Assembly (NCBI RefSeq): GCF_051859625.1
Contig: NZ_JBHYFH010000003.1
Span: 310,853 to 374,852 of the forward strand
DNA length: 64,000 nt
Direction of reading: 5' to 3'
Source of the DNA: Oceanicaulis sp.
Lineage (GTDB): Bacteria > Pseudomonadota > Alphaproteobacteria > Caulobacterales > Maricaulaceae
Positions 62,131-64,000 of this stretch are shown here, in pieces; the stretch's first letter is position 1, and each line of letters begins with the position of its first letter. Under the pieces are notes generated by a model. The model did not search any database. It was not told the origin of the DNA and saw only the letters and a program-made list of their open reading frames with translations. The translations under genes were made by a program, and so were the position numbers.

Positions 62131-63257
62131 CGCTTGAACGGCGCGATTCCCGGCGCGGGCGGCAGACCGTCTGAGCTGAACGCCGCCAGCTTGAACAGCT
62201 CTCCCATATCCTCCGCCGAGACGAGGCGGTGCATCTGGCGCTTGAGCCGGGCCTGGCCCGCTTCATCCACCGATTTCGCCAGCACCGCCGCGCGTTGCTC
62301 GATCCCCAGCTCGGTCAGGAACTCGCCCTGGGTCATGGGACCGAACGCTGTCAGCCCTGCATCGAGCCCCAGCCGCAACAAGCGGTCAAAATCCACCCAG
62401 GCCGTCAGATCCGCCGTGCCGGGCGCCTCCAGCGGGTCCACCTTTTGATGGGCGCGGATCGCTTGCAACGTGTCGCCGGTCTCCGGCTTTGACGAGCCGT
62501 AATCCACAAACAAAGCGTAGCCCGGATCGCGTTTGAAGCGACCCGCCAATTGCTCCACCTGTTGCTGGTCGCCGGGACGCAGCTCCACCAGCACGCCGTC
62601 CTCCGCCTTGCGCAGGGGCGGAGCGATATAGCCGATATCCGCCTCGCTCAGCACCGGGCCCAGGCCGAAGACGAACTGCGCCTCGTCCTCAGGATGCAGC
62701 GTCACCACCCGTTCGCGCCACTGGCCCTGATGGCGCACAGCCTGGCGAATCGGCAGGCAGTCCAGAAACTCATTGCCGATCACCACGGCGGGACCGGACG
62801 GCGCCTTCTCGAAATCCTTCGCCCAGCGGATCGGAACCGACGCGTTCGCCAGCGTCTGGCCCTGCACCATTTTCAAAGCGGGAGACGCCTCGATCAAGGT
62901 CACGTGGACCGCCTCCAGAAAGCCCGGCGCCGCGCGGCCCGCCCGCAGCATGTCGCTCATCATCCGGCCCGTGCCCGGCCCCAGCTCAATCAGCTCGAAC
63001 CGCGACGGCGCGCCCATCTGCATCCAGCATTCCGCCGCCCACAGGCCCAGAAGTTCGCCGAACATCTGGCTGATCTCAGGCGCGGTGATGAAGTCGTTCG
63101 CCGCGCCCAGCGGATCTTTCGTAGCGTAAAATCCCGCCATGGGATGAAACAGCGCTTCCGCCATGAAGGCGGCGACCGACAATGAGCCTTCACTGCGCAA
63201 ACGGTCCTGCAGACGCGCTTTGATCATCTGGGCGGGGCGAAACTCATCATCGCTCAT
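62127..63257 (-). CDS. MidA/NdufAF7 family SAM-dependent methyltransferase
   Basis: DFITAPEISQMFGEL, ELGPGTG, NEFLDCLP, ADLTAWVDF, MGELFK. Confidence 0.92.
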   Translation of the reverse strand: MSDDEFRPAQMIKARLQDRLRSEGSLSVAAFMAEALFHPMAGFYATKDPLGAANDFITAPEISQMFGELLGLWAAECWMQMGAPSRFELIELGPGTGRMMSDMLRAGRAAPGFLEAVHVTLIEASPALKMVQGQTLANASVPIRWAKDFEKAPSGPAVVIGNEFLDCLPIRQAVRHQGQWRERVVTLHPEDEAQFVFGLGPVLSEADIGYIAPPLRKAEDGVLVELRPGDQQQVEQLAGRFKRDPGYALFVDYGSSKPETGDTLQAIRAHQKVDPLEAPGTADLTAWVDFDRLLRLGLDAGLTAFGPMTQGEFLTELGIEQRAAVLAKSVDEAGQARLKRQMHRLVSAEDMGELFKLAAFSSDGLPPAPGIAPFKR

Positions 63258-63279
63258 GGCAAGGCGTCCTCGTTACGGG

Positions 63280-64000
63280 TCAGGCTTTGCGCGCGCCCAC
63301 AGCCGTGTTCTTGCGCGCTCGCCAGACCAGATAGGCGCCTGCGGCGATCATGGGAATGCACAACACCATGCCCATGGTCACATACCCCTGCAGCGCTTCG
63401 GGCATCTGCCGGTCCGGTTCGCGGAACACCTCGACGAAGGCGCGGAACACGCCATACCCCGCCAGGAAAGCGCCGGTCAGAAGCCCCGGACGGCTGAGCG
63501 CCCTGAAGCGGTAGATCAACACCGTCAGGATCACGAACAGCACCACGCCCTCAAGCGCCGCTTCATACAGCTGGCTGGGATGGCGCAGCTGGCAGGTCGG
63601 GTCGGCGGAAAAGCGCATCGCCCAGGGCAGGTCCGGCGCCGGACGCCCCCACAGCTCGCCATTGATGAAATTGGCCAGCCGTCCGAAGAACAAACCGATG
63701 GGCGTCGCGGCGGCCACCGCGTCCGACACCCGCAGCAAGGGCGCTTTGTAAGCGCGCGCGGTGAACACCATCGCCAGCGTCACGCCCAAGAGCCCGCCAT
63801 GAAAACTCATGCCGCCGTCGGTGATGCCGGTGACCACGCGCACCGGCTCCTCCCAGATCATCGAGGTGTTGTAGAAGAGCACATAACCCAGCCGTCCGCC
63901 GCCGATGATGCCGATCATGATCCACAGCACCAGATCGTCCACAAAGGCGCGGCTGTACGGCGCGGTCTGGGTTTTGGGCGTCAGCCCCCAGAGCCGCCCC
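63280..64000 (-). CDS. lgt: Prolipoprotein diacylglyceryl transferase (5' part outside the window)
   Basis: GGRLGYVLFY, GGMSFHGG, GRLANFINGELWG, RHPSQLYEA. Confidence 0.96.
   Translation of the reverse strand, partial: GRLWGLTPKTQTAPYSRAFVDDLVLWIMIGIIGGGRLGYVLFYNTSMIWEEPVRVVTGITDGGMSFHGGLLGVTLAMVFTARAYKAPLLRVSDAVAAATPIGLFFGRLANFINGELWGRPAPDLPWAMRFSADPTCQLRHPSQLYEAALEGVVLFVILTVLIYRFRALSRPGLLTGAFLAGYGVFRAFVEVFREPDRQMPEALQGYVTMGMVLCIPMIAAGAYLVWRARKNTAVGARKA

Overview
GC-rich alphaproteobacterial chromosome segment. The gene order and protein styles suggest a Caulobacterales/Maricaulaceae-like host; this is inference, not a database result. The housekeeping backbone (rpoD-dnaG-yqeY, carA...carB-greA, trxB...LysR, dps, aminotransferase, uvrB, envZ/ompR-like pair, pth-rplY-prs, midA-like, lgt) is interrupted by small accessory inserts. 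Main points for follow-up: (1) a low-GC four-gene cassette (membrane protein, stand-alone ImmA/IrrE peptidase, Beta-family protein, convergent sce7726-like nuclease) whose composition shift begins inside the uvrB 3' end; (2) an adjacent palindrome-rich zone with a GIY-YIG gene between two 144-bp direct repeats and a 90-bp palindrome inserted in frame in an HTH gene; (3) three unannotated sRNA candidates with C/U-rich anti-Shine-Dalgarno loops, two in tandem behind an LsrB/VtlR-like LysR; (4) an ETR1-type ethylene-binding histidine kinase with its response regulator; (5) two tandem small secreted four-Cys paralogs with a leader-like motif; (6) three small ORFs below the ORF-track cutoff. No tRNA, rRNA, CRISPR array, integrase or transposase was recognised. 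Family names come from motif recognition by eye, not from searches.
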